In this document: piece after piece, positions 19,117 to 30,116 of the stretch
How the letters are laid out: every line of letters starts with the position of its first letter
How positions within the stretch are numbered: the stretch's first letter is position 1
Origin: a virus
Lineage: Duplodnaviria; Caudoviricetes
IMG/VR virus record: IMGVR_UViG_3300032332_001787
Location: 1-64,000 of that record
DNA: 64,000 nucleotides
Reading direction: 5' to 3' (one strand)
Made by a program: the position numbers and the translations under genes
Notes under the pieces: generated by a model
What the model saw: only the letters and a program-made list of their open reading frames with translations
Told to the model about the DNA's origin: nothing
The model's database searches: none

Positions 19117-21861
19117 TTATGGTGTTCCGCCATCAATAATAAAGTATTTCAGGGCTGTTGCTGGTGTTGTATTCGACGAGCCTAATAGCTGATTATTAGA
19201 AGCGTCAAATTTTAGATTATTATTAACACTAGGTTTAAGATTGCCATCCGTACCATTAACAAAAACAAGATTATTTACATTACTTGTGCTAAGATCAACC
19301 TCAATATTATTAGCATTAGTTGCTGTGCCACTAAGACTACCAACAAATGATGTGCTACTAATACTACTTAGTCCTGATACAGAAGTGATGCTTCCTCCAA
19401 GACTAACTGATGTTGAACCAATAGTTACAGAGCTGTTAGCTAATTGAGAATTATCGATACCACTAGCTTTGATACTTACGACGCCAGAAGAAACACTAAA
19501 ATCTCCACTATCAAAACTAGCAATACCCTTGTATTCTGTTGAAGCATTAAGTATGTAACCATCATTAATTCCTATTACTCGGCCATAAGCATCTGTACTT
19601 ACACTAGAAACTATGCTGCTAGCGAGAGTTGCTCCAGCTGGTATATTATTAACAGCACGAGTGAGAGTCACAGTATCTAAATCAATATTATCGGCATTAA
19701 CAACTATACGACCAGCTGTACCAACAGCATCTATAGTATTTCCATTCTTTGTTAAACCAGCACCGGCGGTTATCTGACCTGCCCCGGAGAATTGAGCAAA
19801 TGCTAGGCTAGTTGTGCCGAGAGTGATGGTGTCGTTTGTTGTCAATACCCACCCACTATCAGCATTAACAGTACCTTCAGACACGAAAGTAAATAGTCCA
19901 GTAGTAACTTCAGCATCAGAATCAGCGTCGGATGCTCTACTCCAAGAACCAGCAGCTACCGTATAGATACCATTTTGACTACCAGTATTCTGATTCTTTA
20001 CTAATACTCTATCGCCAGCTATAACGGTAACTCCGTCAACAGTTTGGGTTCCAGATAGTGTTATATTGGCTGTTGTAGCAACTCTAACACTTGCTTTAAC
20101 ATCAAGACCCATTCGGGCAGCATCTACGTATGCTTTTGTGGCAGCATCTTGAGCACTAACAGGATCTGCTAAACTAGTAATCTTAACACTATTGAAGGAT
20201 ACGTCACTTGTAGGAACACTCATTTGATCCAAACGATTGGTTCTTACAGCAGTATTGAAGTCATTAATATTACTAGCAACTAAACCACTACCACCAACAG
20301 TAAGATTTCCGTTAACAGTAACTCCACTCATTATGGGGTTATTTGCAAATACTAAAGATCCTGTTCCTGTTTCATCACTAATAACTCCAGCTAGTTCAGA
20401 ACTAGTTGTAGATGATAGTGCACTTATTTTATTACTTGTATAGATTACTGTTCCACCACCGCCGAAAGAAACAGAACTAGAATCTGTACCAGTAAATGTC
20501 AAAGTATTACTAGCAGTTAGGGTTTTTCCATCAGCAACAGTTAATGTAGATCCATTTGCTGGAGCTGTAATTGTGACTTTATTTACTGAAGTAGCAGTTG
20601 CTGCTCCTAAAGTTGGACTAATTAATGTTGGACTATTATTGAAAACAAGTAGTCCGCTACCAGTTTCGTCGCTAATAACTCCAGCTAGCTGCGAAGATGT
20701 TGTTGACGCAAATTGAGCTAAAGTTCCTGCTACAGCAGCACGACTAGTATCTGTTGGATGAACGTGGTCAGCGCGAGCTGCTGTTGTTGCGGTGCCTACC
20801 GCAGCAGTGCTATCCATTAATGGAGTTGAACTGCTTAAACCAGTAATACTATTAAAAGATGTACCTGTTGCTGCTCCGATATTTGGAGTAACAAATGTGG
20901 GGCTATTAGAGAATACTAAGCTACCTGAACCTGTTTCATCGGTAACAAGAGTAGCAAGATTATTGCTACTTGGTGTTAGTAAAAAGGTTCTAGCATTAGC
21001 AGATAGGTCGGTGATCTCTGATAGCTCAATAGTAGGATTACTTAAACTAACAACATAATTACCACTATTATGAACTAAAGATATTCCACTACCAGCTGTT
21101 AGAGAACTACTAATAGTAAGAGTATTTGTTCCGCTATTGTATACAAGATCAACACCGCTACCACCAACAATACTTGCACTAACAGCATTATCAATAAGAG
21201 CATTAACGCCACTAGCAAAGTTAGTAATTAAAGAGGTTGGTATTCCAGTAACACTAATAGTCTGGTTTCCTCCGACATTTGAAATACCTATACCGGTACC
21301 TTGAATAAGGCTTTTAACACCTAATAGTCCACTAACTGCGGTATTAAAATCTCCAATATATGAACTGTTTAATCCTGTAACTGAAAGAGTTTCTATTCTT
21401 CCAATACTATCGTAACTTGCTCTAATTCCGCTAACTCCAGTAATAGTTGCTCCGATAATATCTTTAACAGTGTTCTCATTTACTGGAGAACTAATAACAA
21501 ATCCTTTATCTCCTGTTGGAGTTACAGTAATGTTATTTCCAGCAATAACACTTTTTACTGGAAGCAAGCCGCTAACTGCACTATTAAAATCGCTTAAATA
21601 ACTAGAGCTTAAACCAGTAACTGATACTGTAGCAATGCCGCTGGTACCAGCATAAGATATGTTAATGCCGCTAGTACCTACCAAATCACTTCCTATAATA
21701 GTAGCCCACGGTAAACTACTCCATAAACTAGTACCATCACCAACCTTAAACTTTTTCAGACTTAGATCGTAACCTAACTCTCCTTGAGATAGAGGATCCA
21801 GCGAAGCTAGCCATTCTGCTGTTGTTCCACGACGAATCTGAATTTTTGTTAGTGCTGGCAT
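19117..21861 (-). CDS. Long tail/head fibre protein
   Basis: IQIRRGTTAEW...GELGYD..KVGDG N-terminus; internal DETGSG repeats; DAATKAYVD..GLDVKASVRVATTANITLSG...GDRVLVKNQ domain; ends IIDGGTP. Confidence 0.75.
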   Translation of the reverse strand: MPALTKIQIRRGTTAEWLASLDPLSQGELGYDLSLKKFKVGDGTSLWSSLPWATIIGSDLVGTSGINISYAGTSGIATVSVTGLSSSYLSDFNSAVSGLLPVKSVIAGNNITVTPTGDKGFVISSPVNENTVKDIIGATITGVSGIRASYDSIGRIETLSVTGLNSSYIGDFNTAVSGLLGVKSLIQGTGIGISNVGGNQTISVTGIPTSLITNFASGVNALIDNAVSASIVGGSGVDLVYNSGTNTLTISSSLTAGSGISLVHNSGNYVVSLSNPTIELSEITDLSANARTFLLTPSSNNLATLVTDETGSGSLVFSNSPTFVTPNIGAATGTSFNSITGLSSSTPLMDSTAAVGTATTAARADHVHPTDTSRAAVAGTLAQFASTTSSQLAGVISDETGSGLLVFNNSPTLISPTLGAATATSVNKVTITAPANGSTLTVADGKTLTASNTLTFTGTDSSSVSFGGGGTVIYTSNKISALSSTTSSELAGVISDETGTGSLVFANNPIMSGVTVNGNLTVGGSGLVASNINDFNTAVRTNRLDQMSVPTSDVSFNSVKITSLADPVSAQDAATKAYVDAARMGLDVKASVRVATTANITLSGTQTVDGVTVIAGDRVLVKNQNTGSQNGIYTVAAGSWSRASDADSDAEVTTGLFTFVSEGTVNADSGWVLTTNDTITLGTTSLAFAQFSGAGQITAGAGLTKNGNTIDAVGTAGRIVVNADNIDLDTVTLTRAVNNIPAGATLASSIVSSVSTDAYGRVIGINDGYILNASTEYKGIASFDSGDFSVSSGVVSIKASGIDNSQLANSSVTIGSTSVSLGGSITSVSGLSSISSTSFVGSLSGTATNANNIEVDLSTSNVNNLVFVNGTDGNLKPSVNNNLKFDASNNQLLGSSNTTPATALKYFIIDGGTP

Positions 21862-21889
21862 TTCATAGTCTCCGGTATATTAAAAAGTT

Positions 21890-22153
21890 TTATGGGGTAC
21901 CACAGTCGAAGCTGTAATGGTCTAAGTAATCATCTAGTCCGCCAATTCTTCCAACGTCTAAATTTCCAAATGTATTTTCTAAAAATATATCAGGCAAATC
22001 GCTAAATAGTATTCTTTCTGTATTAACAATTTCCAAATTAAATGTTTGATAATTTTCTATCTCAATATTATTTACATTATTAACAAAACTAGTTTCAATA
22101 TCTAATATATAAGTATTTGGTTCTATTTCTATGATAAATGATTCGTCACTCAT
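21890..22153 (-). CDS. Hypothetical protein ending FDCGTP
   Basis: Co-oriented ORF; C-terminus resembles the IDGGTP ending of the neighbouring fibre gene. Confidence 0.5.
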   Translation of the reverse strand: MSDESFIIEIEPNTYILDIETSFVNNVNNIEIENYQTFNLEIVNTERILFSDLPDIFLENTFGNLDVGRIGGLDDYLDHYSFDCGTP

Positions 22154-22554
22154 GTGTTACAGCTCAAAGATTCATGGGATTGGCTATTTCGTTTTATGAT
22201 TGTGACTGTTCCAAAAAGAATTCTTGTTGTATACTTGCCTCCTCCAGTATATAAATCATCAGGAGATTGTAGCTCCAAATCATACTTAGCGTAGTTGAAA
22301 TCAAAGTTATTAGTACTTAATGCTGGTATTAATAATGTAATTTTACCATTGTTCTCATCAATATTAAACTTATATACACTAGGATCAAGGTTCTCTGTTG
22401 TAAAGATCTGTGTTTGATTTAAATTAGTTTTCCATATGAGTCTTCCGCAATATCCTTGTAGTGGTACGATATTTCTATTTTGGTCTTTATATATCAATGC
22501 TAATTTAAAAGATGTTCCTTGCTCTATAGCGAAATCATATTTGCCTGCTGCCAT
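22150..22554 (-). CDS. Conserved phage structural-region protein
   Basis: Likely start MAAGKYDFAIEQGTSF (ATG 22554); YDLELQ..RILFGTVTI motif. Confidence 0.55.
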   Translation of the reverse strand: MAAGKYDFAIEQGTSFKLALIYKDQNRNIVPLQGYCGRLIWKTNLNQTQIFTTENLDPSVYKFNIDENNGKITLLIPALSTNNFDFNYAKYDLELQSPDDLYTGGGKYTTRILFGTVTIIKRNSQSHESLSCNT

Positions 22555-22650
22555 TTTTGAGTTCCGATATAAATTGGCTGAGTTGATTGTAACTATATTA
22601 TGAAATACACCTAACACCATTATATGTTAATGGTCTCTTGTTAAGATATG

Positions 22651-22685
22651 AAAAGAAAAAAGGACTGGCATTGCTGCCAGCCCTT
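22651..22685 (-). terminator. Rho-independent terminator after the capsid gene
   Basis: Minus strand: AAGGGCTGGCA-GCAA-TGCCAGTCCTT followed by a T-run. Confidence 0.8.
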
Positions 22686-22715
22686 AATTCATAACATTGC
22701 TTTTTAAAGCTCAAA

Positions 22716-23726
22716 TTATAGTGAGCCAAGTAGTACTCTACGGTTGTCAAGAACAGCAAAGCCTTGCTCTGCCCATCCATAGAAACCAGCTCTCTTCTGA
22801 CGATGTAGTGTCTCGTCCTCGAAGATTTGAACTTGTTCACGAACTGGCATAATGAAACTGTCTCTCTTGCGTAGATCAAGACCGACAACCATTTCACTCT
22901 TACTACCAGGAAGAGTTCCATTAAGAACATTGCTATAAAATAGCTGATACTCTTGGCCTTCTCCAAGTTCATCGAGATCATGAAGATTAACGCCAAAGAC
23001 ACGGTTAAGAGTGCCGTCAGCTGCTGTGTAGATTTCTCTACGAGTCACTTCATCAACTTGATCGATACCCCAGTTGCGGATATCTTCCATGCTTTCTGGT
23101 GAAACATAAAGATCAGTTAGTAAACCACGGTTATTAGAAGCTGAGTTACCACCGCCATTGCGACGCATAACTGTCTTCATAAGACTTACTAGACGCTTGG
23201 TAAATAAACCAGCAGAGGCATCACTATCGTATACAACGATATTGCGATCAACACCAGCTGCTAGAAGAGTATGCCAGCCGTCGTCATTCATCTTCTTTAC
23301 GAATGATGACTCTAGAACTTCCATAGCACGACCAACTACGTCCCAACGAGCATCACGAGCATACTTCAAGAGATAGTCAATTGAGGCGCCGATGTCATAG
23401 GTTGGAACCATGACGTAATCGCCTTCAACATGACGCTCTGGAATCTGTCCGTGGTTAGGAATAGTATAAGCAACGAAATCTTTTTCGGTGCCAGGAGCTA
23501 GGAAATCAAGTGGAAACTCTGGTGTGGCGCTTTGAGCAAGTTGAATTGGCTCAAAAATACCGTCCAAAATATCTCCACTTAAGAGAGCTTGTCTTAGTGG
23601 TAGCTCTAGAGCTTTTGCAAACTCTGAGTTGGCAGCTAAGGCTACTTCTCTATTTGGCGAACCAGAGCGAACAAGAAGATCTGTTAGTTCTGGTGTTGGT
23701 TGAAATGCTTTTGTATTACCTGACAT
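22716..23726 (-). CDS. Putative major capsid protein
   Basis: 336 aa, downstream of the portal, protease/scaffold and decoration genes and followed by a strong terminator; sequence features compatible with an HK97 fold. Confidence 0.75.
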   Translation of the reverse strand: MSGNTKAFQPTPELTDLLVRSGSPNREVALAANSEFAKALELPLRQALLSGDILDGIFEPIQLAQSATPEFPLDFLAPGTEKDFVAYTIPNHGQIPERHVEGDYVMVPTYDIGASIDYLLKYARDARWDVVGRAMEVLESSFVKKMNDDGWHTLLAAGVDRNIVVYDSDASAGLFTKRLVSLMKTVMRRNGGGNSASNNRGLLTDLYVSPESMEDIRNWGIDQVDEVTRREIYTAADGTLNRVFGVNLHDLDELGEGQEYQLFYSNVLNGTLPGSKSEMVVGLDLRKRDSFIMPVREQVQIFEDETLHRQKRAGFYGWAEQGFAVLDNRRVLLGSL

Positions 23727-23747
23727 TTTTTTCTCCCTTGTTAAAGC

Positions 23748-24203
23748 TTAAGCAATGTTAACTGATAATTTTACATAACCATCAGAATCTTTTGACCCCA
23801 AGAAAGAGCCAATTTTTACACTATTAGTGCTTGATGTGCCAATGAGACCATTAGCTCCAACATAGGCATCAACACCAGCAGCAGGAGTAACACCAGCAAC
23901 TAACATGTTGGTTGTAACCTGCCCTTGACGAAGTAGAGCAACCTTGCCGCCAAGTTGCACTTCATCTTTATGCCAGTTGATGTGCTGTCTTGTTAGGTCA
24001 TAATTTACAACGTCATTTAACAATACGCCTAGTGGCTTAGCTCCACTGACAGCGGCGGCATATGCAACGACAGCGTTGGCGTCGTCCATTGATACACCTG
24101 AACCACTGGTAACAGCAGATACCACGCCGCCTCTTTCAGCGACTGTGTTCATGAAAAAAGAAATATCTGTTAATGCTTCAATACGATCTGCTTTAAGAGC
24201 CAT
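23748..24203 (-). CDS. Putative capsid decoration/cement protein
   Basis: 151 aa, Gly/Ala/Val-rich, lies between scaffold and capsid; PLGVLLNDV..GGKVALLRQGQVTT..YVGANG. Confidence 0.6.
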   Translation of the reverse strand: MALKADRIEALTDISFFMNTVAERGGVVSAVTSGSGVSMDDANAVVAYAAAVSGAKPLGVLLNDVVNYDLTRQHINWHKDEVQLGGKVALLRQGQVTTNMLVAGVTPAAGVDAYVGANGLIGTSSTNSVKIGSFLGSKDSDGYVKLSVNIA

Positions 24204-24204
24204 G

Positions 24205-25821
24205 TTATTCTCCCTTGTTAAGTTTTTTACCTAGTCTAGCACAAACGAATTCAATTAGTTCTGCACGAGTTGTGTCAACAGATGACTGGGTGTCATTGCC
24301 GACTCCAAGATTTACAGCTTCTTCTACTTCGACGTTTTCGAGAACAGATGAGTCTACTGTTTCTTCAATAGATGCTTTCTTTTTGTCATCTTTGTTTTTA
24401 TCAGTTTTTTCATCATCTCCCTTTTTGAACTTTTCTAACCATGGTGGCATTTTGCCAGCCAAAAGATTTGTCATTGCGTCGAAAGCATCGTCAGTTAGTG
24501 ATTCAAACTTTTCTAGAGTAGCTTCAGATGTTTCATCATCAAAGCCACAACCTAAAAGAGAAGCTTTTCTTTTCATTTTCTTTTCTTTCTTAGCCATTTC
24601 TTCTTGATCTTTCATGTATCCAGCAATGGCTTCTAGAGCAGCTGATAGTTCGCTCTTGGTTTTCTTTAGTTCTTCATCTTTAGCATCCATCTCTGCTTTC
24701 ATTTTCTTTTTAGCTGCTTCTGTCTCTTCTTCTTTTTCTTCTTCTTTTTTGCTTTCTTTTTTATCTTCTACTTCATTTTTTTCTTCTTCTTCTTTTAGCT
24801 TCTTAGCTAATACTTCATATTGAGCTTTTAGATTTTCTAGTTCAGCACCAAGTGTAGCGATGGATTCATCTTTAGCTTGGATAGCTATTTCTAATTCACT
24901 TGTTTTGTCTACAACTTCGGTAGCGACGTTTGTTTCAGTTACTGATGTAACTTCAGTTTCGGGTTTAACTTCAACTACTTCTTGTTCTGAACTCATAATA
25001 TGATTCTCCACTTTAGAGGTTAACTGATTATTAGATACACCTGCTATTAATAAATTATTGTTTTTTTGATCAAATAATTTATCGATAGTGTCTTTTGTAA
25101 AAATTATACTATCTGGATTTGCGGGTTTTTCCACAAATCCTTTACCAGAAAATGTGATATTTCTTAGTACTCTACCAATCTTGTAATTATCGTGTTCTCC
25201 AAGACCGCCATATGCTCTTAAGTATTTGGTTAAATAAGCTGTATTCTCATTTCTTGCTAAAGTTTTATATGATCCATTGGTCTTATCTAATAAACCATAA
25301 TCAAACCCTTTAAAAAAACATTCCATACTTACAAACATAGAACCGGCTTCAATATCTGCTATTAATTTTTCAGCTCTATCTTTCAGTTCGGGACTAGTAA
25401 AAGCTCTATAAATAACAGATCCTGTTAATATATGATATTTTTCTGGAAGATCAGCAATAGCTATTGTTTCATCTATTAGATCTCCATTCTCTGTGATCGG
25501 CCAATTGTTGGTAATATGACCTATAATTAGGTTTTCATCGTGCTCAAGATTAGTTGGTTTATCTTCTGGGGTTTTTCGAGCTAGCCACACTTCTGATTTA
25601 TCAAAAATGTCGTCATTTTTATTCCAAGAAGAAGTAACTAAAATAGATTGAACATAATATAGATCAGAGTCATCTAGAGCAGCTAGTGACTTATTTACTG
25701 AATTGATTTTAGCCACATCTGAAACCACACATGGCTCAGCAATGGAAGCATAAGAAAATGATGCAGATGATGAGATCTTGGTTTCTAGACCATCTTCTTT
25801 TTCATATGTAAATATTTGCAT
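24205..25821 (-). CDS. Putative prohead protease fused to a coiled-coil scaffold
   Basis: N-terminal domain with PTNLEHD, VSMEC and FSGKGFVEKPANP; C-terminal half is E/K-rich coiled coil; lies between portal and capsid. Confidence 0.65.
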   Translation of the reverse strand: MQIFTYEKEDGLETKISSSASFSYASIAEPCVVSDVAKINSVNKSLAALDDSDLYYVQSILVTSSWNKNDDIFDKSEVWLARKTPEDKPTNLEHDENLIIGHITNNWPITENGDLIDETIAIADLPEKYHILTGSVIYRAFTSPELKDRAEKLIADIEAGSMFVSMECFFKGFDYGLLDKTNGSYKTLARNENTAYLTKYLRAYGGLGEHDNYKIGRVLRNITFSGKGFVEKPANPDSIIFTKDTIDKLFDQKNNNLLIAGVSNNQLTSKVENHIMSSEQEVVEVKPETEVTSVTETNVATEVVDKTSELEIAIQAKDESIATLGAELENLKAQYEVLAKKLKEEEEKNEVEDKKESKKEEEKEEETEAAKKKMKAEMDAKDEELKKTKSELSAALEAIAGYMKDQEEMAKKEKKMKRKASLLGCGFDDETSEATLEKFESLTDDAFDAMTNLLAGKMPPWLEKFKKGDDEKTDKNKDDKKKASIEETVDSSVLENVEVEEAVNLGVGNDTQSSVDTTRAELIEFVCARLGKKLNKGE

Positions 25822-25822
25822 T

Positions 25823-28027
25823 TTAAACCTCTTTTTCTATAGAAGAGTACACCATAGAATAAAATGAAGCCTTGGCCTGTTTTTGTTCGTCTACTGTGAG
25901 ATCTTTATTTAGATCTGATTTTAGTTCTTTTAACCAAATGCTATATGCTGATATTTTATCATGCTTATTAAATTTGTCTAAATTAGCTAGTATTTGTATT
26001 GTATCATTTTCATTGATAGCAGAGAGGGGGTCTAGGGTGAGTAGTATTTTTGTTTTGATTAAATCTAGCTCTTTAGTTTCTTCGTTTGATAAGCTTCTTA
26101 GATTTTTCTTATTATAAAATTCTAACAATATTGGATTAACAATTTGACTGATTTTATCCTGAGCATCAGAAGCCCATAGTAATAACTTGGCTCCGGTTTG
26201 TGGTTTGAAAACTTTGGTTTTTCTCTTCTCAGAATCCTTAGAATTATTAGGTCTACCTTGTCCGGGTACTCCAGGCAAAGATTCTGGCGAATCTTTTGCC
26301 AACTTCGTTGAGGGTGCAGGCACAGAGGGTTGCTTCATATCAAGTGCGGATTTTTCTCCACTTTTTTTCTTATCGAGTTCTAAGCCCACTTGACTTGGAG
26401 CTACAACACCAGTTTGTAAAGCTATTTTCTTTAGTGAATTTTCTGGCACTGGATCATACCAAGGACCGGCTTTATTAACCATTCTTTCTGTTTTTCTATC
26501 TCTATTTTCTTTGTTAAGTCTTGATTTTTCCATATCTGGATCAAAACCAAAACGAGTTTGTAATAGTTCATCGCTAATAAGATTTCTATCTGCTAGTTGT
26601 ACTAGTAAAGATTTTTCAACATCTTCATTACTTAAGTCCATTCTATCAAATTCTATTTTAGCTGCGTATTTGAAACCCATTGCTTTTTGTACTAATTCAA
26701 TTTCTCTATCCCAAAATTCTACTAGAACATCTCGTCCATACTGTAATCTTTGAGTTAGTGTTTTGAGTGAAATAAAATTATTAGTGGTTCCAGCAGCACC
26801 GAAAGTTCCTGTTAGGGTAGGAGGAATACCTAATCCTGCATAAACACTGTTCATGTGAGGAATATATTTACCTTCTCCTAGAAATTGATGTACATTAGTA
26901 TTACTTTCCAATAGTTCTATATCAGGACCCCAAACAAGATCCATTGTTCCTCCACCAACATTGTTACCTAAAATGCTAGCTAGTTTTGCTGTAGCTGCTT
27001 TTGTTGGAGCAATTTTATGTTCTAAACTACCTAATTTAAAAATTCTAATGTTGGATATGGCTCCGTCTAGTGCTGCCATATCTGCTAGTTTTAGTTTTTC
27101 TATTACATTAATATCATCCATGATAGAATAAATCATTGGATATGCCCAAGCTTGCCAATCATCTTTTTTATAGTGAAAGACAAGAGTCTTGTTGGGATCT
27201 AAAGGATATGGAAGTCTGCTTTTTGCTGCTTCTAAAATTTGTGATGGAAGAGCTGCTACAACTGATTTTTCAGCATCTGTTTTTGGAGCATTTACTAGTT
27301 TGCGAAGTTGAGCTGGTAAAATTAACTGATAGGATTTATCTTGAACAAATGAAGATAGTGGACCAGCAGCTACTTCTACAAAAAAAGGATCAACGAATGT
27401 GTATTTCCAAGGAATTTCTCTTTTTTCGATTGGAATATTTATAGTTTCATTTATCTGTAGGTCAGGAGCAGCTACGGCTTGATATAGTTTATCAGCTACT
27501 TTAACGCTTAGTTTTCCTGTTTGTCTATTAATAACTATATTGCCAGTTTTATATAGATTATTTAAGAATCTTTCACTTCTATCTTTGCCCTTAACTTTCT
27601 TGAACCATTGTCTGTAGAATCTTTCTATTCTTTTATTTTTATGTACTAATCTTATTCCTTGGGATGCAAAGTCTCCCATAAGATCAATAACATTTTTTAC
27701 TAGACCAACTCTTTGATAAATGTCTTCTGCTTTACGAATAACTAGTTTTATTTCACGAGGTATAGCTTCATCTGGACGAAAGTAGTCGTAATCGCTTCTG
27801 GTTAGTCCTGGACGACCAGAGGTATTTTTATCAAGATTTGAATAATCCATTCCATATCGTCTCATAGCGCTGGCTTTTTGAACCAGAGTATATTCTGACA
27901 TGGATTCTGAAGATTGCTTGAGAGCGTCCTGTTTACTGGCTAAATCGTCACCCCAAGTTACATAAGCTTGTTCATCTATAGCTTTAGCGTTCTGTATAGC
28001 GTCGCTCTTTGGAGTTTTTTTAGCCAT
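25823..28027 (-). CDS. Putative portal protein
   Basis: 734 aa, immediately downstream of the terminase; GLVKNVIDLMGDF and HYKKDDWQAWAYP motifs. Confidence 0.7.
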   Translation of the reverse strand: MAKKTPKSDAIQNAKAIDEQAYVTWGDDLASKQDALKQSSESMSEYTLVQKASAMRRYGMDYSNLDKNTSGRPGLTRSDYDYFRPDEAIPREIKLVIRKAEDIYQRVGLVKNVIDLMGDFASQGIRLVHKNKRIERFYRQWFKKVKGKDRSERFLNNLYKTGNIVINRQTGKLSVKVADKLYQAVAAPDLQINETINIPIEKREIPWKYTFVDPFFVEVAAGPLSSFVQDKSYQLILPAQLRKLVNAPKTDAEKSVVAALPSQILEAAKSRLPYPLDPNKTLVFHYKKDDWQAWAYPMIYSIMDDINVIEKLKLADMAALDGAISNIRIFKLGSLEHKIAPTKAATAKLASILGNNVGGGTMDLVWGPDIELLESNTNVHQFLGEGKYIPHMNSVYAGLGIPPTLTGTFGAAGTTNNFISLKTLTQRLQYGRDVLVEFWDREIELVQKAMGFKYAAKIEFDRMDLSNEDVEKSLLVQLADRNLISDELLQTRFGFDPDMEKSRLNKENRDRKTERMVNKAGPWYDPVPENSLKKIALQTGVVAPSQVGLELDKKKSGEKSALDMKQPSVPAPSTKLAKDSPESLPGVPGQGRPNNSKDSEKRKTKVFKPQTGAKLLLWASDAQDKISQIVNPILLEFYNKKNLRSLSNEETKELDLIKTKILLTLDPLSAINENDTIQILANLDKFNKHDKISAYSIWLKELKSDLNKDLTVDEQKQAKASFYSMVYSSIEKEV

Positions 28028-28085
28028 AATTATTTCTAATTGAATTCTAATTAAAATGTAATTGCATTAACTGAATTATACACTT

Positions 28086-30116
28086 TTATTTATAAATGCC
28101 CGTATAAATATCATCGTCATTAGCGGAAGAAGTGAACCATTCTGGTCCTCTATACATGTTGCCTTGTTGTTTGACAACATTCTTCGCATTGTCTCCTATG
28201 ATATCATACTCAACAGACTGCAAAGTCCTATTGATTTGTCTTGCTAACATATTAGCAATAACTAATGCGCTATATCGGTCTTTTCTTAATCGTCCCTTTT
28301 TACCATTTTGAAGTTTAACTTCGGGGGTATCCCAGCGGTCTCTGCCTCCGGATCCGGTACTAGTTTGTGTCATAACTATTGTGGTCAATTCATTTTTGAG
28401 TTCTTCAATTTCTAAAATACATTCGCTCAAGCTATCATAAATTGGATTAAGATCAGCTGATAATATGTCTTTATTTTCTTTGTCTAGCGCCAATCCAAGA
28501 GTTAAGCTGTCGAATCGTGGGAATAATAATACTTTATCTTCAAAGTCTTTTCTTAATCCGTGATTAGCCTGTGCTGTCCAATCAGCCTTAGCAAATTGGA
28601 CTAATTCTATAAGATGTAAGCCGGGTTGAGAGTCTGTTTCTTTAGGTTTATTGTAATCTATTATGGGCCACATGAGATTTTCGCCATCTTCTAGTTTGGA
28701 AGGATCATGTAAAGCTTCTTCGATGGCAACACCTCCGCCCTGAGCATCCATGCCAAGTTTATCGCATGGAAAAGTTTTCATAAGATTTCTGATTTTACGA
28801 GCACAGAATCCATAGAAGTCATATTCTTTAACTAGTCCAGTTTTTTGTCTTTCTTTGAAATTGCTTCTGTTAGTAGTCCAAACATAAACTATTCTTGAGT
28901 GATCAGGATGAACTTCTAAAACCACTATGCTAAAATTATCTTGTTCACTAGCTGGGTCGATTCCGTATACATAATGATGAGATGTATTACCAGTAACAAC
29001 AGCATCAAATATAATGGGTCTTGCATTAATTACCACCGGACTACTATCATTAACCACACAGCTTTCTATTAAACTGCGACGAAAAAATCCATCACTATCA
29101 GCAGTAAAACAAGCTGCGTATTCCATATTATATATTCCACTATGAATCGTTGCTTTGGCACGAGATACTTGTTTATCATCCATGAAGCCTTTTGGAATTA
29201 GTTCATAAGGAATACGAATAATACTATAGTCTTTCCAATTAAAGTTATCAGGTACCTCTCCCTTAAATAGATCTTCTAGCTTTCTAATATCCCCCTTGCT
29301 TTCTATAATGCCTTTATATCTTTTCCAATATCTAGCAAAATGTTTAAAGTCATAGTCTGCTGTTCCTGAAATTATAGCTTGGTTACCCATTTTACTATTA
29401 ATGGCTTCAAGTTCTTCGCTCCATAATCCAACTTCTGACATGGCTTTTCTTTTAGCTTGTTCCTTTACGTTCTGAATAGGACTAGCAGATACCGCAGCGA
29501 ACCCTGATACTACCGTTTCATAAATATCAGGAGATATGGATGCAAATTCATCCGCAATAATAATATGTGCTCTTAAACCTCTAATCTTGCTGCCGTCACC
29601 CATAGGAACAGCAATGGTCCAGCTGTCTCCTAATCTGATAGTACATCGGTCAACATCTCTTCTTGGTCCATCTTCATTTCCATTAAAAATGCTGCGTAAA
29701 ATAGCGCTATTTCTCCATATGGTTTCCATATATTCGAAAATAATTTTACTTTGTCTAAAAGCTGCACCTACAATAACTATCTTGGTTCCAGGATAAAATG
29801 TACATCTTAATACAGAATATAAAGCGAGCAGGAAAGACTTACCCCATCCGCGACTAGCTATATACATAGGAAATGGCCTGTACCAAAACTCTTGTAAAAT
29901 AGCTACTTGCATAGGATGAAGCTCAATATTGAATAATAATTTGCATGTTGATCCTAAATATTTAGGATTTCTTAATAATCTAATTAGATGCAAATCAGGA
30001 TTTTCTATATCCGCTTTGATTCTATGGATCATCTGATTGGTTGGTATAATAACTTGAGATAAGTCACCCAATCCTAACCAAGCATCTTCAAATATTTGTT
30101 TTTGTTGGTCCTTCAA
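28086..30116 (-). CDS. terL: Terminase large subunit
   Basis: Walker A ASRGWGKS, Walker B IIIADEF, RNase H-like YGIDPASEQD and C-terminal KDRYSAL. Confidence 0.9.
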   Translation of the reverse strand: MKDQQKQIFEDAWLGLGDLSQVIIPTNQMIHRIKADIENPDLHLIRLLRNPKYLGSTCKLLFNIELHPMQVAILQEFWYRPFPMYIASRGWGKSFLLALYSVLRCTFYPGTKIVIVGAAFRQSKIIFEYMETIWRNSAILRSIFNGNEDGPRRDVDRCTIRLGDSWTIAVPMGDGSKIRGLRAHIIIADEFASISPDIYETVVSGFAAVSASPIQNVKEQAKRKAMSEVGLWSEELEAINSKMGNQAIISGTADYDFKHFARYWKRYKGIIESKGDIRKLEDLFKGEVPDNFNWKDYSIIRIPYELIPKGFMDDKQVSRAKATIHSGIYNMEYAACFTADSDGFFRRSLIESCVVNDSSPVVINARPIIFDAVVTGNTSHHYVYGIDPASEQDNFSIVVLEVHPDHSRIVYVWTTNRSNFKERQKTGLVKEYDFYGFCARKIRNLMKTFPCDKLGMDAQGGGVAIEEALHDPSKLEDGENLMWPIIDYNKPKETDSQPGLHLIELVQFAKADWTAQANHGLRKDFEDKVLLFPRFDSLTLGLALDKENKDILSADLNPIYDSLSECILEIEELKNELTTIVMTQTSTGSGGRDRWDTPEVKLQNGKKGRLRKDRYSALVIANMLARQINRTLQSVEYDIIGDNAKNVVKQQGNMYRGPEWFTSSANDDDIYTGIYK

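Noticed and set aside
2-21861. Diversity-generating retroelement acting on fibre genes
   Set aside because: There is no reverse transcriptase in the window, and I saw no TR/VR pair differing only at adenines.
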